Assembly: GCA_051362555.1 (NCBI GenBank)
Contig: CM120642.1
Coordinates: forward strand, 2,852,001 to 2,916,000
Source of the DNA: Lingula anatina
Lineage: Eukaryota; Animalia; Brachiopoda
Reading direction: 5' to 3'
DNA: 64,000 nt
Positions 26,689 through 40,621 of this stretch are shown here, in pieces (positions within the stretch are counted from its first letter, which is position 1; each line of letters starts with the position of its first letter). The notes beneath the pieces were generated by a model. It made no database searches and was not told the origin of the DNA. It worked only from the letters and a program-made list of their open reading frames with translations. The position numbers were made by a program, and so were the translations under genes.

Positions 26689-29600
26689 ACCTTATCTAGT
26701 ATGTAATCAACATCCACAAACTGATGCGTCTGGCAAATTGCGTCAAGAAGCCTGGTAATTTCTGGTCATGCTCAAACTAAATTTGATAAATCATTGTTGT
26801 GCTTGCTGTAACTTAATTGTACCATCATATCTTCTCATGCAATCTTGTGGTTTCTAAGAACTAACAGCATTTTTTTTTCTTTTTCTAAGAAAATTTTCTT
26901 TTAATCATTTTTGGGCATAGACATAATTTGAAAACCACTGTGATTTTAATTATTTATTTTTGCTTTAAAGAAACCCTATTTCCCCCATTTCTCTTCAAAT
27001 CAGTGAACACAAATAAAGCAATCAGAGGATCTTAATATATATTATTTTGTTAACAACACTGAATTTCTTTTCTCACAGAAAAACTGGTATATGTAGCTAT
27101 TCTTCTTGGTACTGTATCCAGTCCAAACACTTTCAGATGGAGCGAACCTGGATAACTTTGAATGACCTATGCAAAGCCATATTCACATCAGAACCAGCCC
27201 AGCATGGCCTTGGGTGAATTTGTCCTATTATGCACAGCACTAAAATGTGTAGTCTCGGCATGGGCATCATGTTTAGGATCCCCGGGGGTTTACATTAGCC
27301 AGCTTGGATCTGCATGATAGCCTGCTAGCTGCTTAGATTTCCCTGATACATTCATTTCCTAATCTGCTTGTGAGAAATGGACAGCAAAACACTAAAATCA
27401 ATAAAAATTGAATCACATTTTATTCTGTAAGATGATACAGGCTCTGGATGCAGTAGCTTGTAAAAGTCAAAATAATGAATTCAGATCATCCCCAAGGCAC
27501 CGTAAGTTCCAAATTATTCTATCTGGCGTAAACTTCCACCTGAGTAGACCACTAAATCTAAATCCAGGAATGCTGTGAAACCACTCAAGCAGCTCCATAC
27601 ATGCAGATTCACAACAAAAGAATCTTTGAGATATTAGTTAGTATTATCATTTTTGATGTTTAAACACAATTGCAATTTCCTGCTAAAGTGGAGGTACAGA
27701 GAAAACCAGAACCAGTATGTTAATAATGATCTTGGAGCCCATATTTAATAAGGGTATTTTCCCTAATGCCCCTCCCCAATCCCCCTCGCCCTTCTATCAT
27801 GGTCAATATAAAGCTACTGATTTTCCCGTTGAATTAACTTTTCCCACAAAACCTCCTGCCCATTCCAATATCACCTGGCCTTGTTAACAAGTTTCCACCT
27901 TAGCCACGAGGACCTTCACAGCCCCTCAGCCGAAGGGGGTGGGTATAATTAGTGATTGCTCCCAATTACTGTATGACCAGTTTTGTTTAAAAGACCCTTT
28001 TATTTGTATATCATATTAACTGCTAGATGCATGTATCACTCTGAAATCAGTGTTTGAAGAGTTTACCTCTTGCAAGACAAAGATGATGGTCATCTTTTAC
28101 CTGAAATATCTGCTCAGTCAATTTTCTACAGATGAGAGAGAGATTAAAAGCAGATATTTAAACCTGCATTGTTTCTCCTTTCAATTTCCTAATGCAGGGT
28201 ATAAAAGTGCCCTCTCAGCATCAGTTCATCTCATCAGATATTATTAATTACATCTTTTACTTCATACTGCAGGTACTACATATTCAATAATACAAAATGA
28301 GTAAATTTTCAACACCTTTTATGTCTATAAAAAGACAGTTTTATCTCTTAGCATTTTAAGAAAAATACCTGCAGAATCTTCAGAATCATTCCACAGTATT
28401 GTCTTCGTACTTCATTTAAATCCATGCACTTCAAGTAAAATGAGAAGATGTGCTTACTGAACACGTCAATAGGTTCAAGTCATGTAAAAGTCATGCATTA
28501 TTGACATCTTCCCTTGCTCTACAATAACGGTTTTCAGATCATTCACTGTCCATAATACACACAGAAGTTTGTTGGCACTGCAGACAAAACACAAAAACGT
28601 GTCATCTGTGACATACTCCTGTATAGATTTTAGCATCAAAAAGACGGATGCTGTTGAGCATTTTGTGTCATAACTTATTCAAATAGATAATTGAATGTGG
28701 GTAATAGACATTGTTTATCAATTGATCAGGGTGCAGCCTGAAGTTGGGAATGTTCATTATATACATATTACATATTCCTATGTGGCAGAAAACCTACCTC
28801 GGGGAAAGATCCGAGCCTTCTTGCCAATGCCTGATATGTATAAGCATGAATTACCTGACTGAATATATGCTATTAGCATGCTGCAGGGAAGCTATGTCCC
28901 TATATTCATAAAAAAAAAACACCTGTTATTCTTTCTGACTAGAAACCGTCTTCCTGATCATCTTAATTGGATGTCCATGTTTTTAAGCTAACGGCATTCT
29001 TTTCTATTGGATAAATTAGGTGCTTGGACCCAAGGTTTCAATCAATAAGCAGCTGCAGCTTCATCATATTTATTCCAGTGGTGTTTCCTGGTGTTATTTA
29101 TTTTTGCCAATATACCTGGTAATATGTACAAATTTCTTGAATATTTTTAGAATGGATTTCTTTCTATGTGTCATTTCAGGTATGGTTTTGATTAATAAAT
29201 TGAACTCAGTATTTGCTTTGAGAAGTGGCCATATGATATAGATATGATTAAGACCTAATGGTTATTTTAAATAAGTTGAATCAAATAAATTTGAAAGCAA
29301 TATTTGTACAAGTAAATGAGGGCTTCAGCACAACATAGGATATATCCCTAATCAGTATAATAAAGCACAATAAATTAAGACTGTTATAAGTAAATTAGAT
29401 ATTGTAATATTTACATAAACCTCAGTACTATACAGTAATAACCTAAAACAGTTTTAAATAGTATTCCTGATACTTGATGTGACTGAAAATGAAATTTATT
29501 TCCAGATACCTGTGAAAACTTTAAAATAATTGCCAGTAGAGAATATGATTATGTTACAACTTTGAGATTCCCAGAAAAAAAAAGAGAACATCAATCTATC

Positions 29601-32600
29601 TAATAATATAGAGACTTGGGCTGGGTTTCCATACTTAGATCGATCCATCTGGATCGATCTAACTCCCAGGGGGTTCACGCTAAATTGCTATCAGCTCAAG
29701 AGGCTTTAATGTCTGTCACACCAACTGAATCAGCTAGGGGATAAAGATAATTACCCCTTAACAGTTAAACTAGGTATGACAGATGTCTAAATCGGTTAGT
29801 TTGATAGCAATTTAGTGATAGTCCCCAGGGAGATAGATTGATCCAAATATCTGTGGGAATTGTCCCTTGGTTTTCAAGATTCTTTCCTTTTCATTATTTA
29901 TTTATTTTTTTATTTGTTTATTTATTTATTTGGGCAGGGGATAGCAGATATTTAAGGTGTTCACAAACTGAAATATATATGAATCCACCAGATACTTTAG
30001 TTTTCAACCCATATTTTAGGACATACATGCTGTATTCACCAGTCCATATCTGGGCACCACTGGAGGTAGGTTGATACATCAGTGAGTCAGAATAAACACA
30101 CAAAGCCATCAACAGCTTTTGTTCCTTAGCTTCACCAATCCCAGGGGAACAATTTAAAAAAAAGGCTCAGAAAAAGCCTCTTTTGATATGATGCATTTTT
30201 GCTAGCTTCTGATAATGGAAATTAATTACATAATAGCTACAGCACATAATCAGCAAAGTTACGGGTTAGACACAGGAGTGTCATAAGTGGATGTCATAGG
30301 GTGCGTTTACGCTCACGTTCACGTTCAAGTTCATATCATGATTACATGTTCGTTTTGTGTTCCATTTTTTTCTTGTACACCATTCTTTTTTCACATTTTT
30401 ATTTTCATGTGCCATTTGTCCCATATCATACTTCTCAGCTTTTATTATTTCCCCATGTATGTTCTTTTCCTCAGGTCTCTTGGGTTTTCATTGCATATTG
30501 TATTGAATTTCATGGTTCTCAGTAGTTACTGATTTGGGAGGATCTTTCCAGTAGAGCAATGCCTCCAGTCCCCCAGTCTGCTTTTGCTCAATCAAAAATA
30601 TAGACTTAGGTCAAAAAATAATAAAATTTCAGTACCTTGATAGAATTCTGCTATCTGTGAAAGGAATTAGAGTTTTGTACTGTTTTCAAATACTGAAAGA
30701 ATAAAAAACAATCATAAGAAGTACATCATTTATTTAAAACACTCACGCATAGTAACACAAGAAATGTGTCAGATAAAACCTTGTGTAAGTTCTATGTGGA
30801 TTAGTTCTTTGCCATTTCTTCCATTTTCAGAATGATTTCAAGGCATTTGTCTACATATTATATCTTTTTTTGTAGAATCTTGCTTGCAAAATTATTATTA
30901 TTATCTTCAATTAAAACTAGTTGGATTGTCCCACAGAATCCAAATTAATACATTTGTTTTAACAATGTATTTAATAAAATTAGATGACAGTTACTTCACA
31001 AAAAGTGTTTTAATGAAGTATAATTATGTGGGATATTAAAAAGGGTTATTTTTTTATAAGCTAAAGCATTTGCTCATTGATTTGTCAATTCTAATGGACA
31101 AACATGGAGCTACATTGATCTTTTGTTTCATTAGATAATGATGCGCTGTCATTGTGTAATCAGTTTGATTGGATTGTTTCATACCTTGCTTTTTGTTGTA
31201 ATATATATTTGTCCTCAGGGGATTGAAAGTCCTCCAGTCTCACATCAAATAAACATAAGTTTAATTCAATTTCCAGAGCACTAACACTTCCCTAAGTCAT
31301 ACATGTTGTTATTTTCTCTGAATTTCAAGGGGATTATAACCTAGCATCCATCGATCTTTTCAACAGGCAACATTATCAAATGTCCTGATACATAAATATT
31401 TTAATCATTGAAAACATATATCTACAATAGCATTTGAGGTGTTTTACTGTATAAAATTGAGCTAAAACCTTCTTATCAATTTGTTGTTACCACTCAATCA
31501 GACTGTTCTAATTTTAAGAATTCATGACGTCAAAAAATTCAGTACCTATTAAATTTGCAATTTTCCCCCACTGAAAAAAGTTGAGTCATTATTGTGTTAT
31601 TTGGCAGTGTTGTTTCTGCCACTTTGTTTACTACGAGAGGAAATATAAATTTGCACCAAACCTGCCATATTTGCCACAATGAAAAAATTATTGTTTAACA
31701 ACTTTAGTTCCTTATATAACTCACTTCAAAATGTAATATACATTTCACAAGAGACTGATAATCCTACTGTATTGGACAATATTCTAAAGATGTCTACCTA
31801 GCTGGGATGGAACATATAAAGGATTGGAAACAGTATACACCTCCTTTGAACTATATGCGTTTTGGTCATTTTAGACACTTATAGCATTGTCTTTTACTAA
31901 TTTGCGCCTAGGGAGTTGGAGACTGTCAAAGCATATTATACATTGTTGCCAAACATTATGCAATTAAGTCTGTACTGATCAATATATTACAAGGTAAATG
32001 AATTATTTTGGTATTGGGCACACACATATGCATACACACACACACAGGTATATGGTATATATGCAGAACCACTTCAGTGTATAAATATTTCCCATCAAGC
32101 CATTCTCATAAGAAAAAAGAAAGAAATAGATTGATTGCATTACTTCCTGTAGAAGCCTCCCTTAGCCTTCATTTGAAATGGTGCACATTTACAGTTACTA
32201 TAAAATTGTGTCAAATTTGGGTCTAATCTGACATTATTAGCAATAACAGTCTACTAAGTTGCTCTTCGCAAGGGTGCCAAGGTTTTTTCTCTAATTTTTT
32301 TAAACTACTGAGCACCTAGAATTAATTTTTATTGTCTTTAATTTAATATTTATTGTCTTTAATTTATTTTTATATTTGAATTAATTTTTATTGTCTTTAA
32401 TTTAATATTTACTCATAGCTGTGATGAGTAAATGGTGAAAAATTTATAACATTCTTCATTTTTGTTGTCCCATTGTGTAAGAGATAGGCCAGTATCATAA
32501 ATATTACTTTTCACTCCAAACATTGCACCTAAAACTTTACTTTTAAGCATTTTTTGATTTTTTAACATTTGAGCTTTCATTGAATGCCTAACATTGGTTT

Positions 32601-35600
32601 ATATTTCAAGTGACACACTGAACATATTTCCAAGTAAAATTCACCGTAAAGGCTTATAGATTCATAAGATTTACATTTTTATCTTTTTTTTTTCACCATT
32701 ATCCAGGTGCCATATTGAATGCCCTGGCTACCAGACCCATCATGGCGGCTGACGTAGGCTTCAAGGGTACCCAGCTCAAAATGACTCTAGTCTTAGAAGG
32801 CAACCAAAAGGCAGTTTTCAAGCCAAAATGGTGAACATTTTATGAAATTCTCATTATCCATAGAGTAAATTTCCTTAAGATTTGAAAATATGGTTTTACT
32901 TTTCAGTTATTTTACTTTAATTTTACACAGCTGTACGATAATCAGTAAATTATGTAATCAGTAAAAGAAAAGTTAGTGGTAACTGATAATTTGCACAAAT
33001 TGTCCACTTTTAGATAAAGTACCTTTTCCTGTTGGAAGACAAATTTGGAACACAATCACCTCTTATTAAAGCTCTCTACTTAAATCGCTTAAAGCAATAA
33101 TAACTCTTCGTTTCGGCCAAAAAATGAATTTTCCTGGAGTAAACAACAATTTTCCCATACTTACCAATGGTTAATGAATCCATTTTTACATTCAAAGTTA
33201 GTCCCTGGTTTTTTTCTAAAAAGTTTGTTTTTTTTTTGTTTTGGTTTTTAACAGAGTATAGACATCAACGGAGGTCACGTGGTCTAAAGACAAGTTCAAA
33301 TATCAGAATAAAAGCTATAACTGCTGTTTTTGTGGTAAAACAGAATATATTGTATTTCTATGAGTTATTCAAAAGGTTTTTATTGTGAAATATAGGTCTC
33401 ATACGAAGAGTTATTATCCCTTTAAACAATTTTTTTTTACCTCGTTTTTCCATGGAAAGATGATGACGCTCTTGTTGACTCTTATTTTCAGGTATGACAG
33501 AGACTACGTGGTGGTAGGGACACCATACTCTGGTGCTGACAGACATAACGGAGAAATAGCTGCATTCCACTTGATAAGGTATGACCCCTGTATTATTCAC
33601 ACTCAGTAATTAGAGAGAGATGCATTGAAATGATGGCAGACTGATCACACAGAATATATGCTCAGCTCTCTGCTGCCTTTACCACTGGCCAGGTACTTTA
33701 CTTACCTTCTTTGTGTATTGTCTTTCTGATATGGTAATGGTCAACTGTGGTTTCAGTCCATGTATTTACAAACCTATCAGAATGGCATAAAGGTACCTTT
33801 ATATACTTGCCCTTCAGAATGCCAGATATTGAAGGAAATTGAATTTGTGGAGGTCCTGATGGGTTACTGGCAACCAGTGTGTTCTTTTAATCCTGACACA
33901 AGGCTAAAAGATTATTGAATATTGGCCAAGAACCAAAAGTCCTACACATACATATTATGTAGTTTCTCTAAATATAGGATTGTTTTTTTTTATAAAGTAC
34001 TAAAGTACTCTCATAACTTCAAAACAGATTTTTTACTCACTTCCATTGTGCATTAAAAAAAAAAAACGATGAACATACTTTCTAATCACCCAAGCTACAG
34101 CATACAATGGTTATTGATATTGATCCATGAAATTCAATCATACCTCCAAATGGCTTTCATTTTTGCAACACTGTCATACAATAGAAAAATGATGTAGTGT
34201 GTTTTCCTTTCACTTCCGTCTTTTGCACTGGCTTTTGTTGAATAGAAAAGAGGTGTCTACTTTAAGGTTATTGATAATTAAGAAGAAGGATGAGGATTTG
34301 AAAGGCTCATTTGTCTTATTTACAGTTGTATAGAACTTGCATGTTTTCTTCTTCAGGAGAGGCAGTGTTTTCTGTTTGCATTTTTTGCTTAAAAACATAT
34401 TTTGTAGTTGATAAACCCCAAGTGCCTTTATCAAAACTCACCTATTGCTATATACAGAGCGGGATTTACCTGGTAGCAAATGTTACATTCTGGGTTCTGC
34501 ACTGTGGCCCTCTTTGTAAGATATTCTTCAGGGTCCACACCAGGGTCACACCCACAGAGGCCACAGGTATGGCCCTTAATAAAATATACCATACTATCCT
34601 GTGCTAGGTCCACTCACATATGCCCATGCACTAGATTCCTTTCAAATTACTTACTACAAATCCTGTACAAGGATGATACATGGAGGACTCTCAGTGGGTC
34701 CCCTTCATAGCACATGTTACACACCATACTTACCGAATTCAGCACTGCCAGGGATGTCCTTTATGTCGATGCTATTACCTGGTGTGTAATTGAGTTGCTT
34801 TAAGAGAGAGTAAAACTAGGTACTGGTATTAGAAAGCTGCCGAGGTACTCACTGGCATCCTTTATCAGATATTAGGTTTGTGAAGCAGTGCTTTACATTG
34901 TCAGTTATGGCAACGGTATATCATCCTAATTAAGTTTTTCATACCTAAATTAGTAATGGATGTTTAGATTTAGTTAATGTGCTGTACACATCTATAGCCA
35001 AGATTGATTATTTCACTCTAATGTGGGGAAGGCTAAAAAAATAAGAATATGAAAGTGAGGGGAAAGAAAAGTCTTTTTACTTATATTTGTGTACAGTTAA
35101 AATGTTTGTAAGTAAAGCCCTTTGAAGGTGAATAAGCTAATTGCCTCTCACAAATCTTGGTAGTCCACATACTTGCAAACTGCTGATTCATCGTAAGCTT
35201 TACTCGCAATTATCTTTCATTATCAAGAGTTTCTTTTTAACAGAAGGGGAGTGATAGTTGACAGTAATAGTTCACAGTGATAGAACATTTGTATGCAAAC
35301 CAGATACATGACACAGATGATCACCAATTTTACATTGATTACTGTGAAACCAGCCGTGGGCTTATTTTGTTATTCAGGAAAGTATCCATTATGTGGTACC
35401 TTGAGGTCAACAGTTAACAGTATGTAATAGATACACTATGAGTCAGGGAGATGTATGTAATATACACAGAGTGAGGCGCCAGAGGTTGTCACATTCACAT
35501 TACATCAGGGATCACAGTATTTAGAAAATATTAATTACAATTTTTCAATACTGTGGTCCCTGACACTTACTGAAAAGTGGTGTACCTGGCTTATGCTACG

Positions 35601-38600
35601 GCAGTTGTCAAGTAAAAAGACCCAGGTGTGGTGTCACTTGTATTCATGTATGATGTCCTTGCATGTGACATAGACCATATCTAGCTTTTTTGTTTGTTTT
35701 TTTTTAACATCAGCTGTGTTACACGTATAAAAGCATTTGATGCATTGATTTACATTGATTTTATCAGCTGCATGGTAAAATGCCTATATAATCTCTGGTA
35801 TAATTCTTATAATGGTTTTAGTCTAATATTGCAGTAGATTCCCTTCCCAGGTTTAATTTGAAACACAGGTCATCATTTAAACATGCATTTGGACAGGATC
35901 AAATAAAATGGGTTATGAAATTTTCATGAGTAGCAAAGGAACCAACATTAAAACAAACATACTATGCAATTTAGGACTGGCTTCATGAAGAAATCATTTT
36001 AGCCAACCATTGCTGTGAGTGTTCTTCTCCCAATTTATCTGGGTATGTGAAACAGCCTTAGCACAAAAACTCTGTTAAGAGACGTAATTTAAGTTGACAA
36101 ATTAAAGAAATAGTTTCATTTTTTCACTTACCTTTTGTTGATTTTGTCAGAAAACTTGCAGAGTCACCTTGTGTTAATCAAAGAATGGACGCAAACTTGC
36201 ACCAGTTGACTCTAAAATGATACTGACAAGTACTAAGACCTGCTTCTCAGTGAAATGAAATACAAGAATTAGCTAAGAAATATATATATCAGAAATATTA
36301 TCAGTAGTGTTTTGTGTACTACTGGCAAGCATTGGGTCTTATCTTAAGATGAACACTAAAGTAGTAGACATCATATTATTACCAGTTCCTCAGTTAAAGC
36401 TTTAACACAATTATTCTGATAGTTTCTCTGAAATTAGTTACTTTTTTCAAGGAAATGGCCCGTTTGATTTGATGTAAATAGCAATTGTGGTGTTTTAATG
36501 TAGCGAAGAAAATGTAAGGCCATTATTTTGAGGTAACTGTTGACAGAAGTGAATGGGGATAGCATTAACTGCAAATCCAATTGCTTTCTGAATGTGTTTT
36601 CTAGAAAAAGAAAAATTATAGCTTATTACTTACATTTTGACAACCAGAGAAACCATTTAGTTATTACATATATTTGGTGGGTGATTCTGCAAAATACCTT
36701 TTTTGCTATTTCTTTATCTTTTAATGTAACCAGCCTTTGATAGGATGGTTGTATTTTAACTTGGCAACTGTTAAACATATACCTGTTTAAAGGTTAGATT
36801 TAAAAACTCACAGTCAGGATGAGAGTCTATTTCCACAAGACTAAGCAACTTCAGAAGAGAAGAAAAATTAAACTGACAGTGTTAAATAAGTCATGTATAC
36901 AGATCAGATTTAAAAGACATGTAAACAGCCTCGTAGCCATAGGGGTTCAGGGAGTTCGAAAGAATCACCCTTTTTGTCAAGAAAAACTCCATTCTGGTAA
37001 AAATTTGAACTAGGTACACAAAGGTTACATTGTAAAAGGTCCACTTTTTCAGAAAAAGAACCCCACTTATGAAATAGCTGGCTACGGCCTGTGTATAAAT
37101 CATATTTATGTGCCAGTCAATCTATCTGGTCATTTTTATAATATAATTTTTTGTTTGTTTGTTTAGTACAATATTCTCTGTATTATTACAGGTTACTGGG
37201 ACTGAATCGAGCACCTCTGGTGGTGGGGCGCACAGTAAACCTGCAGAAAGAAATCCTGCCAGTTTCATCCACAAAATTAAAGAGCACTTTCTTTCAAAGA
37301 GGTATTTAGATGTACATGTATATATCTTCCATCCCTAATAGTTTAGAATACATTGAAGATTTCAATGAAAAAAACTTTATATTCGTTGGTTATTGATATT
37401 TGGTCAGTAAGGCTGCTTTTATGTGCAGTAACTGACAGTACCATATCTATTCCAGATAACAACACCTGTTTTTATGGGCAGTGTCTCTATTGCAAGAGTG
37501 AAGAGGACGGGGTGTGCGCTGATGGCGTAATGCTAGAGGGCGCTGTGGTCTTGTGGTTGCCAAGGCAGTGGACTTTTTATAAAAAACACAGAAGTCCTTG
37601 GCAGAGGACTTATAAGGAGGGAAAAGTTGCCAGGTAGTAATTGCTTTGAAGGTACTATCTGCTTTTAAATCTAACTTTAACAATTTAGACCTTTAAAATG
37701 ATAGAAACTCCTCAAATCAAGTCCCTAATGTTGATTTCCTAGTGATATGTACAAGAAGACATGTTGGTCTAGAGGCCTCCTTCTGGTGTATTCTTGTTTT
37801 GGGCTTTGGATTTCCAATTTGGTTTATTCCAATACTCATCTAACTCATCCCTCCATCTCTTATGAGGCTTCTATGCCCATATCTTGGTGACAATTCTTTT
37901 AGCCTCATTCTCCATCTGTCCTCCTTGATTCTACTGACCTGTCCTGCCTATGCCCGTTTCACTTGCAATACAGTATTGTATTCTGTGAATGCTTTATATA
38001 CCTGTGTTACCTTCAGGTGGGAGTACGACGATACATACTGTGATACTGTGCGGGCCGTGGCACCCTACGACAGCGAACCCCGCCTTCTGGATCTCCTAGA
38101 TGCTGTTGTAGTGGACTACCTCATTGGGAATGCAGATCGCCACCATTATGAGACGTTTGCCAACGCCACAGATAGCATGATTATCATGCTGGATAATGCC
38201 AAAAGGTATGTTCACTCTGTCAATGATTTTATGATATTATGATTTTATAGATGTTTAATGTGGCAGAAATATACATACTACATACATGTAATAGTTAGAA
38301 TTTTTTTAAAAGAGTGTTTTGCTCCTGATTTTATAGAAGAGAAGCTGAAAAATTATGAGAAAGAAAAATTATGATCAGCTGTAAGAAATATATTCAGCAG
38401 GCAATATAGGGTTTCCATAAGGTTATTCACTAAAACTTGTCATTTTGTATTTAATCTGTAGAAATTGATGTCATTTTATCTTCAAAAAAGTGACATTTTT
38501 CATGAAAGTGCGACAAGGTCAACAGCACACATACTTGCTTTTTTTTTTTTTTTGATATGTAGGTATGTAGAATACTTAATTTATATATTCTTGTCTTTAA

Positions 38601-39133
38601 TTTCAGTTTTGGAAATTATTACCATGATGAGAAGAGCATTTTAACTCCAATAAAGCAATGTTGTCTGTGAGTATGATCTATAAGTTTCACAACAGGGGAG
38701 AGACTAGTTATCAGAGGAGAAAAAGCAGAGTCATTTCTCTCTCCTTGATATCCAAATGTGATACCTATATGTATCTACACATATCAAACTTACAGAAATT
38801 TAATTTATCTACCCAAAGAGACCATCAATCTAAGCATGTCCAACTGAAATTTTAGTTTGTGTATGGCAAATATCTCAAGTAATTTCCTTTCATTAATGGT
38901 GTGAGATTCTTTTTGTTTTGTGTTTTAGACTAAGGCGTACGACGTGGGACAGGCTACAACTGCTGAAGGATGGAGTGTTGAGCAATGTACTTAGAGGTAT
39001 TCTTGAAGCAGATCCATTGGCTCCTATCCTCATTGAACCACATCTGAAAGCACTGGACAGAAGATTAGAGCACCTTTTACAGGAGCTGCACTCCTGCGTT
39101 GAACAGAAATCTGAGCAAAAGGTTTTTGTGTGA
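20707..39133 (+). CDS. FAM20B: Glycosaminoglycan xylosylkinase FAM20B, complete, 448 aa
   Basis: Coding exons 20707-21100, 32707-32830, 33492-33578, 37192-37301, 37456-37633, 38017-38205, 38607-38666, 38929-39133. All introns are GT-AG, phases are consistent and the total is 1347 nt. N-terminal signal-anchor ([15 protein letters not shown]) plus motifs [75 protein letters not shown] at 39703. Confidence 0.96.
22465..22751. mobile_element. Fold-back MITE in a FAM20B intron
   Basis: GGGCCATTAAGAATAGAT...ATCTATTCTGAATGGCCC with ~90-bp imperfect arms. Confidence 0.7.
23648..23688. repeat. (TG)n microsatellite
   Basis: Directly visible. Confidence 0.95.
23989..24154. mobile_element. MITE with TAA TSD, related to 29619-29866 and 24297-24548
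   Basis: GGGTGCATTCCCAGAT...ATCTATGGGAATGGGGTC with TAA flanks. Shares GATTGA(C/T)CTAACTCCC.GGGGGTTCA.GCTAAATTGC with 29619-29866. Confidence 0.65.
24297..24548. mobile_element. Decayed fold-back MITE
   Basis: GGATTGATCTAACTC family motif and internal inverted repeat CATGCCTCCT/AGGAGGCATG. Boundaries approximate. Confidence 0.45.
26623..26685. repeat. (CA)n microsatellite
   Basis: Directly visible. Confidence 0.95.
29619..29866. mobile_element. Fold-back MITE
   Basis: GATCGATCTAACTCCCAGGGG...GCTAAATTGCTATCA paired with TGATAGCAATTTAG...CCCCAGGGAGATAGATTGATC. TTG on both flanks. Confidence 0.65.
36926..37091. mobile_element. Short hAT-like MITE just upstream of FAM20B exon 37192
   Basis: CAGCCTCGTAGCCA...TGGCTACGGCCTG, with termini similar to 13395-13851. 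Flanks TGTAAA/TGTATA. Confidence 0.6.
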
Positions 39134-39931
39134 TATTAGATGAGAAAAGAAGTTCACTTATAGAGAATGTTATCCTTGTCTGATGCTTTCTAACAGTCTG
39201 GATACTGTGGCTTGGTAAAAAGTAAGGAAAACCTGCTTTATTTCCTGTATGAGACTGAAAAAGAATTGAGAGCCTATTGTTTAAAAAAATCTCATTTACA
39301 AAAGTAGGCAAAAGACTCCTCAGAATGACCAATATATCTTTTTCTAGCTACATTTATAAAGACATCAAAACATTTCAACATAATCTTGGTGCAGAGCGTG
39401 ACACATCTAGTCATCACTGAGTTGTTAAGTGAATAAGTTCACAAAAATGAGAGGCCAAGAAAAGATCCTGAAAGTAATCAACACATAGGTCTGAGCTTGT
39501 TATGTCGAATTTAATTTATTGTGAAAAATGGCATCATGCTATAGATCACTTGCACAGTCACACTTTATAGATAAATGATCAGCCTTTTTCCTGCCATTAT
39601 TTTTTCACCTTTTCATATGTGATGTGATGGCATTTAATTATATTAGGCAGCTATTTTTAAGTGCAAGATTTTTTAAAGTCATTAATATATTATTTACTTT
39701 TCAATAAATCTTTCTTACAAACACACGTAAGTAATAATGTGTGATTAAAAAAAAACAAAAACAGGTGCATCAGAACTATATTTTTGTTATGGAACTTCAC
39801 ACTTGATATTCAGAGTTCAGCTTTTAATGGTTAGTCTATAGTGAAGGTGAGGTCACATACTTTGTTTTGTCACTTCCTAACCCCTCCCCCCCCCCCAAAC
39901 AAACATGCATGCCTGCACGTACTCCCTCCCT

Positions 39932-39999
39932 CACACTCTCTCTCTCACACACACATACACACACACATTCACACACACATACACACACACACACATTCA

Positions 40000-40031
<32 letters not shown>

Positions 40032-40070
40032 TACACACACACACACACACATTCACACACACACACACAC
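39932..40070. repeat. Interrupted (CA)n/(CT)n microsatellite
   Basis: Directly visible; it produces the spurious HT/CV-repeat ORFs. Confidence 0.95.
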
Positions 40071-40343
40071 GTTACATCTACAGCACCCCAGGATCATCAG
40101 AAGACAACACAGATGACAGCATAGGGTTGTTAGCGTAGACTAAAGATGGCAGTTTGGCATCATACTTACCTTCCAGTATCTCAAAAAGAAAATTTGTGAC
40201 AAAAAAGTGTGTGATCTGATAGCATTAAATAACTGATGTACTTATTTCACCATGTAATTTAATTATAACATACCTTGTTTATTCTGATTTCAAAAATGAA
40301 ATATGAAAGCAGAGGATAACAAGTTGTGGATAGTGGCATCTTA

Positions 40344-40621
40344 GAGCACATTCAGAACATCAGACTCACAGATCCGCGGATCAAATATGGCCAACCAACT
40401 TGCGTGCTTGTTGTGTAATCCCCACGGAGAATCTGTTCAGTGTCTAATCTGGAATTAAGTGGTAAGCTTTGCAGTGGGTTGCCATATTTGATCCACAGAT
40501 ATCTGTTAATCCACTGTTTTAAATGCACCCTTAGGCCACATTCACAAAAGCAGACTAACTTGTCAGTGGGTCGGCCATATTTGCTTCACAGATCTGCAAG
40601 TCTGCTGTTGTGAATGTGGCA
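40344..40621. mobile_element. Two abutting MITEs of one family (40344-40530 and 40534-40621) separated by a single TTA
   Basis: TTA-GAGCACATTC...AATGCACCC-TTA-GGCCACATTCAC...GTGAATGTGGCA-TTA. Both contain GCCATATTTG..(C/T)CACAGAT. Confidence 0.75.

Noticed and set aside
33570-33578. FAM20B reads AFHLIR where the human protein has AFHLDR; possible pseudokinase
   Set aside because: The catalytic DRHHYE, LDNAK and FKPK motifs are intact and the frame is complete, so there is no support for inactivation.
39836-40138. ORFs with HT, CV or TH repeats (also 26492-26758, 23635-23829, 53887-54260, 54421-54724)
   Set aside because: They are translations of (CA)n/(TG)n microsatellites. Only the true exon portions are coding.
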